From a candidate division WOR-3 bacterium (GTDB taxonomy: Bacteria; Hydrothermota; Tepidihabitantia; SM23-42), in assembly GCA_020355325.1 (NCBI GenBank), contig CP070664.1, positions 1,118,115 to 1,137,630 on the forward strand: a stretch of 19,516 bases of DNA, read 5' to 3'. Below are positions 8,850 to 16,696 of this stretch, piece after piece. The notes beneath the pieces are model-generated. The model saw only the letters and a program-made list of their open reading frames with translations, did no database searches and was not told the DNA's origin. Both the position numbers and the translations under genes were made by a program. Numbering within the stretch: position 1 is the stretch's first letter; every line of letters starts with the position of its first letter.

Positions 8850-9658
8850 AGAGAAAGGTTTTAGAGAGCGCTCGATACATTCAGCAACACATACGGAGCA
8901 AGCCAAAAATCGGTATTATACTGGGCACAGGTTTGGGTAAATTAGTAAATGTGCTTTCGATTGAAAAGACGTTTCAATACAATGAAATACCTCACTTTCC
9001 TGTTTCAACAGTGAAATTTCATAAGGGAAGACTACTCGTTGGTAGACTTTATAAAAAAGAAGTTGTCGCGATGCAGGGACGGTTTCATTACTATGAAGGA
9101 TACAATGCACAGGAAATTAGCTTTCCTGTCGTGGTGATGAAACTGATCGGTATACGTTATCTCATCATTTCTAATGCAAGTGGCGGTCTCAATCCTGCTT
9201 TTACTCCTGGCGATATTATGATCATCTCTGACCATATTAATTTAATACCAGACAATCCACTCCGTGGAAAGAATGAACTGAAAATGGGTTCGCGATTTCC
9301 TGATTTATATGACTGCTATAGTTCTAAGCTTATAACAATTACTGAGGATGTTGCGTTTGAGAAGAAGATACGCGTTAAAAAAGGAGTGTATGTAGCGGTT
9401 CCTGGGCCGAATCTTGAGACGAAGGCTGAATATCGTTTCTTGAGGACAATTGGTGCTGATGCTGTCGGTATGTCTACTGTTCCTGAGGTTCTCATGGCTC
9501 GCTACTTGAAAATAAAAGTTTTAGGTTTATCAATAATTACTGATATGGGCATTGCCGATGCGCTGAAACCAGCGAGTATTGTAAAAATATTAGCTGCAGC
9601 ACGGCGTGCTGAACCAAAGTTAACGAGAATCGTAAGTGGCGTTGTCGAGAAGATATGA
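8846..9658 (+). CDS. punA: Purine nucleoside phosphorylase, PNP family I (inosine/guanosine phosphorylase).
   Basis: KIGIILGTGLGKL...EIPHFPVSTV..H.GRLLVG..Y.....AMQGRFHYYEGY matches the PunA pattern. The GTG start overlaps the divIVA stop (GTGA). Confidence 0.85.
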   Translation: MKRKVLESARYIQQHIRSKPKIGIILGTGLGKLVNVLSIEKTFQYNEIPHFPVSTVKFHKGRLLVGRLYKKEVVAMQGRFHYYEGYNAQEISFPVVVMKLIGIRYLIISNASGGLNPAFTPGDIMIISDHINLIPDNPLRGKNELKMGSRFPDLYDCYSSKLITITEDVAFEKKIRVKKGVYVAVPGPNLETKAEYRFLRTIGADAVGMSTVPEVLMARYLKIKVLGLSIITDMGIADALKPASIVKILAAARRAEPKLTRIVSGVVEKI

Positions 9659-10596
9659 TGAGATCAGGGGATTGGAGAATGAGAATAGCAGGGGATCAGG
9701 GAATCAGGATATTAGGGATAATTATTTTTTTAATTTTTTCACTTTCTATATTTTTATTTGTTGACTGCGCAAATAAGGAGAATCGCATCGAGAATGCACG
9801 TGCGTTTATGAGAGAATGGAATTACGATCGTGCGCTGACTGAAATAATGGCATTTCGAAAGCATCGAGATCCAGAAATCCAATACCTCTTAGGTTACTGT
9901 TACTTAAAAAAGAACGAATATAACGAAGCAGCAAAATATTTTGAAAACTCATTAACCATTGCGGATGCTTTCAAAGATAGCGTTCTCAATCTGTACACAA
10001 TCCTTGCTCACAACGCAATCAAGATCGATGAACCAACGAGGGCGCTGTTTTTCTATCAAGAAATGGCAAAATTGGTGCCTGAGTATGAACAGGCAAGTAA
10101 TTTATTTCTGATTGGCGATTTGAACTTTGAGCAGGGTAAATTTTCGCTGGCAGCCGAAGCTTACATTAAGGCACTCGAGATCGATTCGACGTCGTCTCAA
10201 GCAAAAGAAGCTAAACCGAAGTTGATAAGAGCGTTCATGGAGAGTGATAGATTTCATAGTGCGCTGCAACTTGCTGAAGCAGAATATGAGAAATTAGAGA
10301 CTGCAGCAAACTTGCTCCAACTGAGCGAAGTACGATTTTCGCTCGGCAGGAAGCTCTTTGATAGAGGACTCCTGGACAGTGCAATAATCTTTTTTGGTGA
10401 GATTATAGCGAGCCAAGAACCGAAATCTCTATTAGATGACGCCTATTTTTATCTCGGCGAGATTTACTTAAAAAAAGATATGTTGAGCGCAGCACTCGAA
10501 TCATATAAAAAGGTGTTGCGCTTGAATCCTTACGAAAAAGGTGATATTATAAAACAGACAAAAGAACGTATCAAAGAAATAAAGGAGCACATGTGA
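9655..10596 (+). CDS. TPR-repeat protein with an N-terminal membrane anchor or signal (possibly a lipoprotein).
   Basis: A hydrophobic segment, ILGIIIFLIFSLSIFLFVDC, is followed by several TPR-like helical repeats (YLLGYCYLKKNEYNEAAKYFENSL, AYFYLGEIYLKKDMLSAALESYKKVLRLNP). The ATG overlaps the punA stop (ATGA). Confidence 0.7.
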   Translation: MMRSGDWRMRIAGDQGIRILGIIIFLIFSLSIFLFVDCANKENRIENARAFMREWNYDRALTEIMAFRKHRDPEIQYLLGYCYLKKNEYNEAAKYFENSLTIADAFKDSVLNLYTILAHNAIKIDEPTRALFFYQEMAKLVPEYEQASNLFLIGDLNFEQGKFSLAAEAYIKALEIDSTSSQAKEAKPKLIRAFMESDRFHSALQLAEAEYEKLETAANLLQLSEVRFSLGRKLFDRGLLDSAIIFFGEIIASQEPKSLLDDAYFYLGEIYLKKDMLSAALESYKKVLRLNPYEKGDIIKQTKERIKEIKEHM

Positions 10597-11327
10597 GAAA
10601 CATTATTCGTTTTGTTGTTACGCTTTTTGTACTCGTCTCTTGTGGTAAACAAGTAATAACACCACTCGAGCCTGCTGACGAATTTGAACGAGCAATGTCT
10701 TTTTTTGAAAATCGCAAGTATAACGATGCGGCTCTTGCATTTCAAAGGATTATTTTTTATCACCCATCATCGGAGCACGTTGATGATGCTCAGTTTTGGC
10801 TTGCCCGTAGCTACTTCGAGCGGAAGGAGTATGACCAAGCAATAATAGAATTCGAATATCTCATGAGAAGTTTTTCAACATCTCCGTTTTTAGAACAGGC
10901 CTACCTCTATCGGGCAAAAGCGTATCTTTCGAAAGCACCGCGTTTCTATAAGGATCAGACTGAAACGAAAAAAGCAATTGACTTGCTCGATGAATTTTTA
11001 ACGAGGTTTCCCAACTCACAATACACAAACGAGGTGCGAGTTCTCATACTTTCGGCACGCAATCGGCTCGCCAAAAAAGAAGTTGAAAATGGTAAACTTT
11101 ATCTCAGGCTCAATGAAACCAATGCTGCATTGCTATATTTCGAGTATGTGATTGAAACATATCCAGAAACAGACGTGAGCAGTGAGGCGAAATATCATGC
11201 TGCTTCGATTTATGAAAAAAAAGGAGAATCCGAGGAGGCGTTGAGTCTCTATAAAGAGCTTCTTGAAGAACCGACATGGAAAGAGAAGGCAGCAAAGAAA
11301 ATTGAAGAAATAGAAGAAAATAAGTAG
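10593..11327 (+). CDS. bamD: Outer membrane protein assembly factor BamD (lipoprotein).
   Basis: A lipobox LVSCG is present. TRFPNSQYTNEVRVLILSARNRLAKKEVENGKLYL...YPETD aligns with E. coli BamD [32 protein letters not shown]...YPDTQ. The GTG start overlaps the upstream stop. Confidence 0.85.
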   Translation: MRNIIRFVVTLFVLVSCGKQVITPLEPADEFERAMSFFENRKYNDAALAFQRIIFYHPSSEHVDDAQFWLARSYFERKEYDQAIIEFEYLMRSFSTSPFLEQAYLYRAKAYLSKAPRFYKDQTETKKAIDLLDEFLTRFPNSQYTNEVRVLILSARNRLAKKEVENGKLYLRLNETNAALLYFEYVIETYPETDVSSEAKYHAASIYEKKGESEEALSLYKELLEEPTWKEKAAKKIEEIEENK

Positions 11328-11349
11328 CACATAATATTGTGAACGCCAG

Positions 11350-11916
11350 ATGAACATCGGTATCTTTGGTGGACTTTTTGATCCTCCGCATATTGGGCAC
11401 CTCATCATTGCTCAGTCAGTACTTGAAGAGTTTCGTTTACAAAAAATAATTTTTATACCTGCGGGTTGTCCACCTCACAAAACGGAGTATTCACCGTATC
11501 ATGTGCGGTATGAAATGACCACATTGGCGATACAGGGGAATAAAAAATTCTTTATCAACGATATCGAAAAAACAATTCCCGGCAAGACGTATACGGTAGC
11601 GGTGATGAGAAAATTAAAGAAAAAATATACAGGGAAATTGTATTTCATAATCGGCGGTGATCAATGGGAGGAGATCGAAACCTGGAAAAACACCCATGCA
11701 TTATTTACCGAATGTAATCTGATCGTCGTTCCAAGACCACACTCTCTTATTAAGAAATCGAGTCGTTTTTTTAAAAAAATCTTGATTGGTCATTCACCGC
11801 TAGTAGATATTTCGTCAACAGTAATACGAAAAAAAATTAAGCAACAATGTAATGTACAATACTTAATACCGCCAGCAGTTTACCAATACATAAAAAGAAA
11901 AAAATTGTATATTTAA
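11350..11916 (+). CDS. nadD: Nicotinate-nucleotide adenylyltransferase.
   Basis: The N-terminus IGIFGGLFDPPHIGH carries the nucleotidyltransferase (H/T)xGH motif. The length of 188 aa is typical for NadD. Confidence 0.9.
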   Translation: MNIGIFGGLFDPPHIGHLIIAQSVLEEFRLQKIIFIPAGCPPHKTEYSPYHVRYEMTTLAIQGNKKFFINDIEKTIPGKTYTVAVMRKLKKKYTGKLYFIIGGDQWEEIETWKNTHALFTECNLIVVPRPHSLIKKSSRFFKKILIGHSPLVDISSTVIRKKIKQQCNVQYLIPPAVYQYIKRKKLYI

Positions 11917-11954
11917 TCTCACCATTGCAGTTCAAAAATTCAATGACCCATTGC

Positions 11955-12884
11955 TTACGGTACTCGTAGCTTTATTGCCTTTGGAACAACTGAAACAGTA
12001 ACCTCGCGTGCTCGTTCTTCCTCACCATCAACATCCATGAGGCAAATTTTATTACATTCAACACGCAACTCCGTGCCGCGGCAGTGATAAACATTCTTAT
12101 ATTTTAGATGTGTGCCAGTATATACCTTGGCTAAAACATGTACTATGAATTTGAAGATGTTTGTGTCCTTTACGTAAATAAATTCTAGCACTCCATCATC
12201 GGGTGATGCCATCGGGGCTGCGTGCATGCCTCCACCGAAGTATTGTCCGTTCAGGGCTCCGAGAATTGTCATTAACCCATTATCGGTGTGTTTCTTATCA
12301 ATCCATATTTTTAGTTGTAGGCGCTTGAATATGACGAGAGAAACGAGACTGGAAAGTAAAAAGGTTAAGAACCCACCAAGATTTTTTGGTGTATTGTTCG
12401 ATATTCTGACGACCATGCCACCGAGTCCTACATCGAAGGCGTTGGCAAAATATCGATGCCACGCTCTCTTTCCAGTTCGAAAGACTACTTTGCCAACATC
12501 CATTAATGTCGTCCTTCCCGTGCGGACGACATCGAATGCTCTTTTATAGTCTTTTGGAATTTTCAATATTCTCGCGAGGTCCATGCCAGTTCCTATGGGC
12601 ATCATTGCGACTTCTGGAAGGAGCTTCGTTTGAGTAGTACAGCTTAGGATTCCATTAATAATCTCGTTAAAGGTTCCCTCTCCTCCAACACTCACAATGA
12701 GTTGTGCGCCGCTTTTTGCTGCTTCGCGAGCAAGATGGTAGGCATGCCATCTGCTCTTGGTTACATCGGCATTGACAGCGATTCCTTCTGTTCGTAAATA
12801 GTGAATAATACGGGGCCATTGCTTTCCTACTTTGCCGTGGGCAGCATGGGGATTGACAATGAAATACGGTTTATTGATACTCAC
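11955..12884 (-). CDS. Diacylglycerol-kinase catalytic domain family lipid kinase (YegS/BmrU/DagK-like).
   Basis: The N-terminus YFIVNPHAAHGK...QLIVSVGGEGTFNEIINGI is the DAGK_cat GGDGT-type motif. The start is GTG with no obvious SD. Confidence 0.8.
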   Translation of the reverse strand: MSINKPYFIVNPHAAHGKVGKQWPRIIHYLRTEGIAVNADVTKSRWHAYHLAREAAKSGAQLIVSVGGEGTFNEIINGILSCTTQTKLLPEVAMMPIGTGMDLARILKIPKDYKRAFDVVRTGRTTLMDVGKVVFRTGKRAWHRYFANAFDVGLGGMVVRISNNTPKNLGGFLTFLLSSLVSLVIFKRLQLKIWIDKKHTDNGLMTILGALNGQYFGGGMHAAPMASPDDGVLEFIYVKDTNIFKFIVHVLAKVYTGTHLKYKNVYHCRGTELRVECNKICLMDVDGEEERAREVTVSVVPKAIKLRVP

Positions 12885-12890
12885 GAAATA

Positions 12891-12918
12891 ATACTATTCA
12901 TACTTTAGCGTATGTCAA
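12891..12918 (-). promoter_or_regulatory. Candidate promoter for the lipid kinase gene.
   Basis: On the minus strand, TTGACA (plus-strand tgtcaa, 12913-12918), a 16-nt spacer, then TAGTAT (12891-12896). The predicted TSS falls at or next to the GTG start at 12884. Confidence 0.3.
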
Positions 12919-12981
12919 TCACAGATTTTTATATTTTTTAATGTTACGTGAAAAAATACAGATACGAGAAGGTTAGGTACT

Positions 12982-12995
12982 CTGATAATTATCAG
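12982..12995. repeat. Perfect 14-bp palindrome CTGATAATTATCAG.
   Basis: Direct read. It lies between the ATPase stop and the lipid-kinase promoter. Confidence 0.6.
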
Positions 12996-13001
12996 GATTG
13001 A

Positions 13002-13018
13002 AAGTACTGATAGTACTT
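13002..13018. repeat. Perfect inverted repeat AAGTACT-GAT-AGTACTT overlapping the ATPase stop codon.
   Basis: Direct read. The arms are 7 bp with a 3-nt spacer. It could be a weak hairpin or a protein-binding site. Confidence 0.6.
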
Positions 13019-15098
13019 ATATCCTTACAACTCTCGCTCCACATTCTTTGAACAAATCACGTGTATGATCGTCAGAAGTCAGGTATATTACCTGATTTCC
13101 ATCTTCGATAAATTTTTTCAACAATTTGACGAGTATTGTGCGGCGATTCCAATCAGCAAAGATGAAAGCATCGTCTAAAATTAAAAAGGTTCCTTCCGGA
13201 TACATTCTCTTTAATGCCGCCAATCTGAAACACAAGAGAAGCTGGTCCTGCGCTCCGCTACTCAACGCCTCTATTTTAAATGTTATGCCATCTCTATCAG
13301 TGACGACAAAATTTTTATTCTTTACCTCCACTTTTTCATAACGCTCTGTAACCAATTGAAAGTATTCGCTTAAACTTTGGTCACCTCTCATAATCTCTTG
13401 AATGAATTCGTCCATTTCTCCACTCATCTTTCTGAATATATCACGAGCCGCAAGTGCCGCTTCTCTTTCTCGTTCATAATTTTCTAAATTCTTCTCTAAT
13501 TGGTTATATTCGATGAACGCTGAACGATCATCAGTTATGTTAAACCTGGTTTTCTGCACTTCCTTGAAGATTTTAATTTCTCGCATCAATTCTTCTATGC
13601 TCTCTTGTATGTTTTCTCGTTCGGCCTTCAGATCTTGTTCCGATGAAATATCTGGTTCTTGCTCGGGACGTGACGTTTTCATCTCTTGTATCATTCTTTC
13701 CCATTTTCTCTCGTCTTTTTCATGTAACATACCGAAAATTTTTCCACGTGATGTACTCAATTCTTCATCGACCGTTCTCTTTTTGTCTAACTTCTCTTGA
13801 AGGTCGGATAATTCGGCGAGTCCTGTCTTTTCTCTCAATTCGGCAATTGCCTCATGAATACGTTGTAGTGTCTCTCCACTCGAAAGATGTGTGACGATTT
13901 TCCTCTTCTCATCGAGGAGGGTCTCCTTTTTAATTTTCACTTCCTGCGTTTTTTCAATTCTGTCTGCCAGTTCAGCGAGGCTTGAAATGTCGGGGAAGAA
14001 CTTTTTTGCTTTCGTGAGCCGCACATCTCTTTCGGCGAGTATTTTTCTCGCGATTTGTTTCCTTGCCAGAAAGATAATGAGGAGCACAAGACTCACAACA
14101 AAAATTCCTGTTGCTGGAAGCAGAGGAATTTTGTTGAGGAGAGATAGAATAAAGAGTACGGTGGCCGCAGAAAACGTCATGAGCGGGTAGAGGATCGAAG
14201 TTTCTCGTACCTCCTGCGTTGCCTTGGCAATAAATGTCTTGAAGCCCTCGCGCTCAATTATTTCTTCATGGCTCTTTAGCTCGTCTATCTCCTTCTCGAG
14301 CGCTTGTATTTCTTCTCTCACTTCAACAAGTTTCGTTTCATCATCTGTACGTGATTTTTTCTTTGCGTCTAATTCCTGCCATGTTGCGAGGTACTCATGT
14401 TTGTATCGTTCATATTCCTGCATGCATGACTTCTGTTCGAGGTATGTATTATAGACGTTGCGGAGCTCTCGGTATCGTCTATAGTTTTTAAAGTTTTCTA
14501 TTTCTTTTAATTTCTTTTTTATTGATTCATTCTTTTCCGAAAGATGTGCTAATTCAATTTCTTTCTTTTCAATCTCACCGATCTTTTTTAGATAGGACCA
14601 TAATTCATCCTTTCGCCTCTCTTCACTTTGAATGAGGTTTTGTTTCTCTCTTTTCCATTCTACTCTCTTTGGTTGCATCCCCACTGCTTCAAATATATCT
14701 TCATCCAATTTTGTAAATGGTATACCCTTACCGACTTTACCGAGCATCGTTTTGATTCCATCCCAGAAACTCGACTCACCCTTGTAACCGTACACTGAAG
14801 ATTCTGATGCCTGCACATACAATAGATTGGCCACATCACCAGATGGGAATTCGATGTTTACTTTTTTTGAAGGTAAGGTGTACATCCTGTCCTTGTCCGC
14901 AATTTCAATGCTGATATTGTTGGGCTTGCCGTACCTCAAACTCACTGAACTTTTTTTAAACAACAGGTAAGTCAAGGCCTCAACGATTGCTGTTTTGCCC
15001 GACTCATTCAAGCCGAAGACGAGTGTAAAATTTTCAGGAGTAAACGTAAATCTCTTTATGGGACCATAGTCTTCGATTTCTATTGCCTTGATTTTCAT
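13017..15098 (-). CDS. SbcC/Rad50-like SMC-family ATPase (YhaN/SbcE-like) with an internal transmembrane hairpin.
   Basis: The N-terminal Walker A is FGLNESGKTAIVEAL. The C-terminus carries the ABC signature LSSGAQDQ, a Walker B FLILDDAF and an H-loop LTSDDH. Long K/E-rich coiled coils lie between. Two hydrophobic helices (SILYPLMTFSAATVLFILSLL...LPATGIFVVSLVLLIIFLA, about residues 303-345) sit mid-protein. The ATG overlaps the upstream phosphoesterase stop (ATGA). Confidence 0.8.
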   Translation of the reverse strand: MKIKAIEIEDYGPIKRFTFTPENFTLVFGLNESGKTAIVEALTYLLFKKSSVSLRYGKPNNISIEIADKDRMYTLPSKKVNIEFPSGDVANLLYVQASESSVYGYKGESSFWDGIKTMLGKVGKGIPFTKLDEDIFEAVGMQPKRVEWKREKQNLIQSEERRKDELWSYLKKIGEIEKKEIELAHLSEKNESIKKKLKEIENFKNYRRYRELRNVYNTYLEQKSCMQEYERYKHEYLATWQELDAKKKSRTDDETKLVEVREEIQALEKEIDELKSHEEIIEREGFKTFIAKATQEVRETSILYPLMTFSAATVLFILSLLNKIPLLPATGIFVVSLVLLIIFLARKQIARKILAERDVRLTKAKKFFPDISSLAELADRIEKTQEVKIKKETLLDEKRKIVTHLSSGETLQRIHEAIAELREKTGLAELSDLQEKLDKKRTVDEELSTSRGKIFGMLHEKDERKWERMIQEMKTSRPEQEPDISSEQDLKAERENIQESIEELMREIKIFKEVQKTRFNITDDRSAFIEYNQLEKNLENYEREREAALAARDIFRKMSGEMDEFIQEIMRGDQSLSEYFQLVTERYEKVEVKNKNFVVTDRDGITFKIEALSSGAQDQLLLCFRLAALKRMYPEGTFLILDDAFIFADWNRRTILVKLLKKFIEDGNQVIYLTSDDHTRDLFKECGARVVRI

Positions 15099-16135
15099 TT
15101 TAACGCTTTGCTGAAAATAGGAAATGTAATTTCAAAAATCTTCAATCGCAGCGTATCATCGAATTCCTTGGTTTTTTCTACAAAGGTCTTAACCATAGTG
15201 TTCTGAACAATTTTATCCCACGACTCGACGTCTGGATGTATTCGTATGCCTGCAAATTGTTCCCTGAATTTCTTTTCTAGAATACGTGTAGCGTTGTTGA
15301 AATCTTTATCCTTTTCTCCGATAAACCCTTTTACTGTGATGTAGGGCATTACGTTTTTGTTGTCTATTTTCTGTAAATACGATTCAATATTCTCGATGAT
15401 TTTCTTTTCAATACCCGGGAAGACAAAAAATTCCTTTTCTGACCAGTATGGTGAAATCTCAATCTCCACAGGTTCTATGCTGAGGTTTTTATCATCGATG
15501 TGTACGCAATAAACAAATCTCGGGTTTGCACATTTGGTATCGAGTGCGATGGGTGCACCAGGATATACAACATTTGTATTCTTATATTTTTTTTCGATAT
15601 TTTGTGAATGTAAATGACCCAACGCGACATAACGCGCACTGTGTTCGAGGTTTGCTGGATACATGGGCATATACTTTGTTTCTTCATCTTCGAGCATTGA
15701 GAATATGAAAGATTCGTCGTAGAGTGTGCCGTGTGCAATCATAATATCGATGCCGGTCGGAATATTCTTGATACATTCACTGAACCGCTTGTTCTGATAT
15801 GGTACGCCACAGATCGTGAGTCCATTGAGTTCAATAATTTCAAAGGGCGTTTGAATTAATTGAATGACATTGTTACCATAGTCATATCGAGTACTAAAGG
15901 ATTTTTCATCATGATTGCCAGGAAGTATGATGAATTTTGCTGATGTCTGCTCGAACATCTTTCTTATTTCGGGTCGCAACTGAGTGGCATCGGTGTCCGA
16001 TTCAAATAGGTCACCCGCAATGATAAAGAAATCTACGTTATACTCTTCTGATTTTTGAATAAGCCATTTGAAAATTTCTATTCTCTTTTCTTCTCCCTTT
16101 TTCAGGTGTAGGTCAGCAGTATGGAAAAATTTCAT
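15095..16135 (-). CDS. Mre11/SbcD-like calcineurin-type metallophosphoesterase (YhaO/SbcF-like nuclease).
   Basis: All the phosphoesterase motifs are present: HTADLHL (D-x-H), IIAGDLF (GD), LPGNHDE (GNHD/E) and ALGHLHS (GH-x-H). It lies 3 nt downstream of the Nudix gene and overlaps the ATPase start. Confidence 0.85.
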   Translation of the reverse strand: MKFFHTADLHLKKGEEKRIEIFKWLIQKSEEYNVDFFIIAGDLFESDTDATQLRPEIRKMFEQTSAKFIILPGNHDEKSFSTRYDYGNNVIQLIQTPFEIIELNGLTICGVPYQNKRFSECIKNIPTGIDIMIAHGTLYDESFIFSMLEDEETKYMPMYPANLEHSARYVALGHLHSQNIEKKYKNTNVVYPGAPIALDTKCANPRFVYCVHIDDKNLSIEPVEIEISPYWSEKEFFVFPGIEKKIIENIESYLQKIDNKNVMPYITVKGFIGEKDKDFNNATRILEKKFREQFAGIRIHPDVESWDKIVQNTMVKTFVEKTKEFDDTLRLKIFEITFPIFSKALK

Positions 16136-16138
16136 GAT

Positions 16139-16534
16139 TTAATATTTTTTATTAAAATAATCGTGTAAAATTTGAGCGTGGTCAAAAGCTAAGGTTTCAG
16201 GCAGCGAATCTTTTGTGAAGACCCCAATCTCAGCGGCGTCATCGCATGCCCTCGGTTTTCCCCTTGCCTTAGCAGTAAAGACGACAGAGAGTGTATGGTG
16301 TCTCGAGTCCCGATTGGGATCCGAATAAGCATGGAACTGTCTGAGGTCTTCAATATCAAGCCCTGTCTCTTCCTTTGCTTCTCTTTTTGCAGCACTCTCG
16401 GCAGACTCGCCGTAATCAATAAACCCTCCCGGGATTGCCCAACCATAGGGTGGGTTCTTTCTCTTGATGAGGACAATACCATCCCTTATCTCGATAATGA
16501 TATCCACCGTAGGAATTGGATTGCGGTGTTTCAT
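16139..16534 (-). CDS. Nudix hydrolase.
   Basis: The Nudix box [24 protein letters not shown] matches GX5EX7REUXEEXGU. The protein is 131 aa. Confidence 0.85.
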   Translation of the reverse strand: MKHRNPIPTVDIIIEIRDGIVLIKRKNPPYGWAIPGGFIDYGESAESAAKREAKEETGLDIEDLRQFHAYSDPNRDSRHHTLSVVFTAKARGKPRACDDAAEIGVFTKDSLPETLAFDHAQILHDYFNKKY

Positions 16535-16540
16535 GGCTCT

Positions 16541-16568
16541 ATTATAGGCAATTTCTTTTATAAATCAA
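16541..16568 (-). promoter_or_regulatory. Candidate promoter for the nudix-sbcD-sbcC-like operon, possibly giving a leaderless transcript.
   Basis: On the minus strand, TTGATT (16563-16568), a 16-nt spacer, then TATAAT (16541-16546), which ends 7 nt before the ATG at 16534. No SD fits between them. Confidence 0.4.
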
Positions 16569-16571
16569 TAC

Positions 16572-16600
16572 TTGACGGAACTGAATTTCTACTGTATACT
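16572..16600 (+). promoter_or_regulatory. Candidate sigma70-type promoter for the M14 peptidase gene.
   Basis: TTGACG (16572-16577), a 17-nt spacer, then TATACT (16595-16600). This leaves a 5'UTR of about 90 nt ending in the RBS AAGGAG at 16686-16691 and the GTG at 16697. Confidence 0.4.
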
Positions 16601-16604
16601 GTAT
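16590..16604. repeat. Tandem direct repeat TACTGTA-TACTGTA-T overlapping the -10 of the peptidase promoter.
   Basis: Direct read: tactgtatactgtat. Confidence 0.6.
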
Positions 16605-16696
16605 CAACGTGGTTTAGCACGTATTATAAAGATTTAAGTCTAACCGAACGTTACAATCTTTCATCATCGATGAATTAAAAATTGAAAGGAGAAAGA

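Noticed and set aside
12885-13016. Checked the largest intergenic spaces for tRNA, small RNA or small-peptide genes. They are 1878-1940, 3813-3899, 4968-5058, 11917-11954, 12885-13016, 16535-16696 and 18956-19087.
   Set aside because: I saw no cloverleaf-compatible sequence and no T-loop GTTCGA-type motif. The only ORFs are about 10 aa with no RBS. These spaces look like promoter or terminator DNA only.
13126-14454. A series of 70-100 aa plus-strand ORFs, S/F-rich (13126, 13513, 13643, 13891, 14224).
   Set aside because: They are mirror images of the K/E-rich coiled-coil region of the SbcC-like gene, where AAG/GAA codons read as CTT/TTC on the other strand. They are not independent genes.
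16647-16656. CGAACGTTAC resembles half of a Gram-positive LexA (Cheo) box, which would tie the SbcCD-like operon to SOS control.
   Set aside because: The second half-site GTTCG is absent and the spacing does not fit CGAAC-N4-GTTCG. The TACTGTA tandem nearby is also not a palindromic CTGT-N8-ACAG site. No credible LexA box can be asserted.
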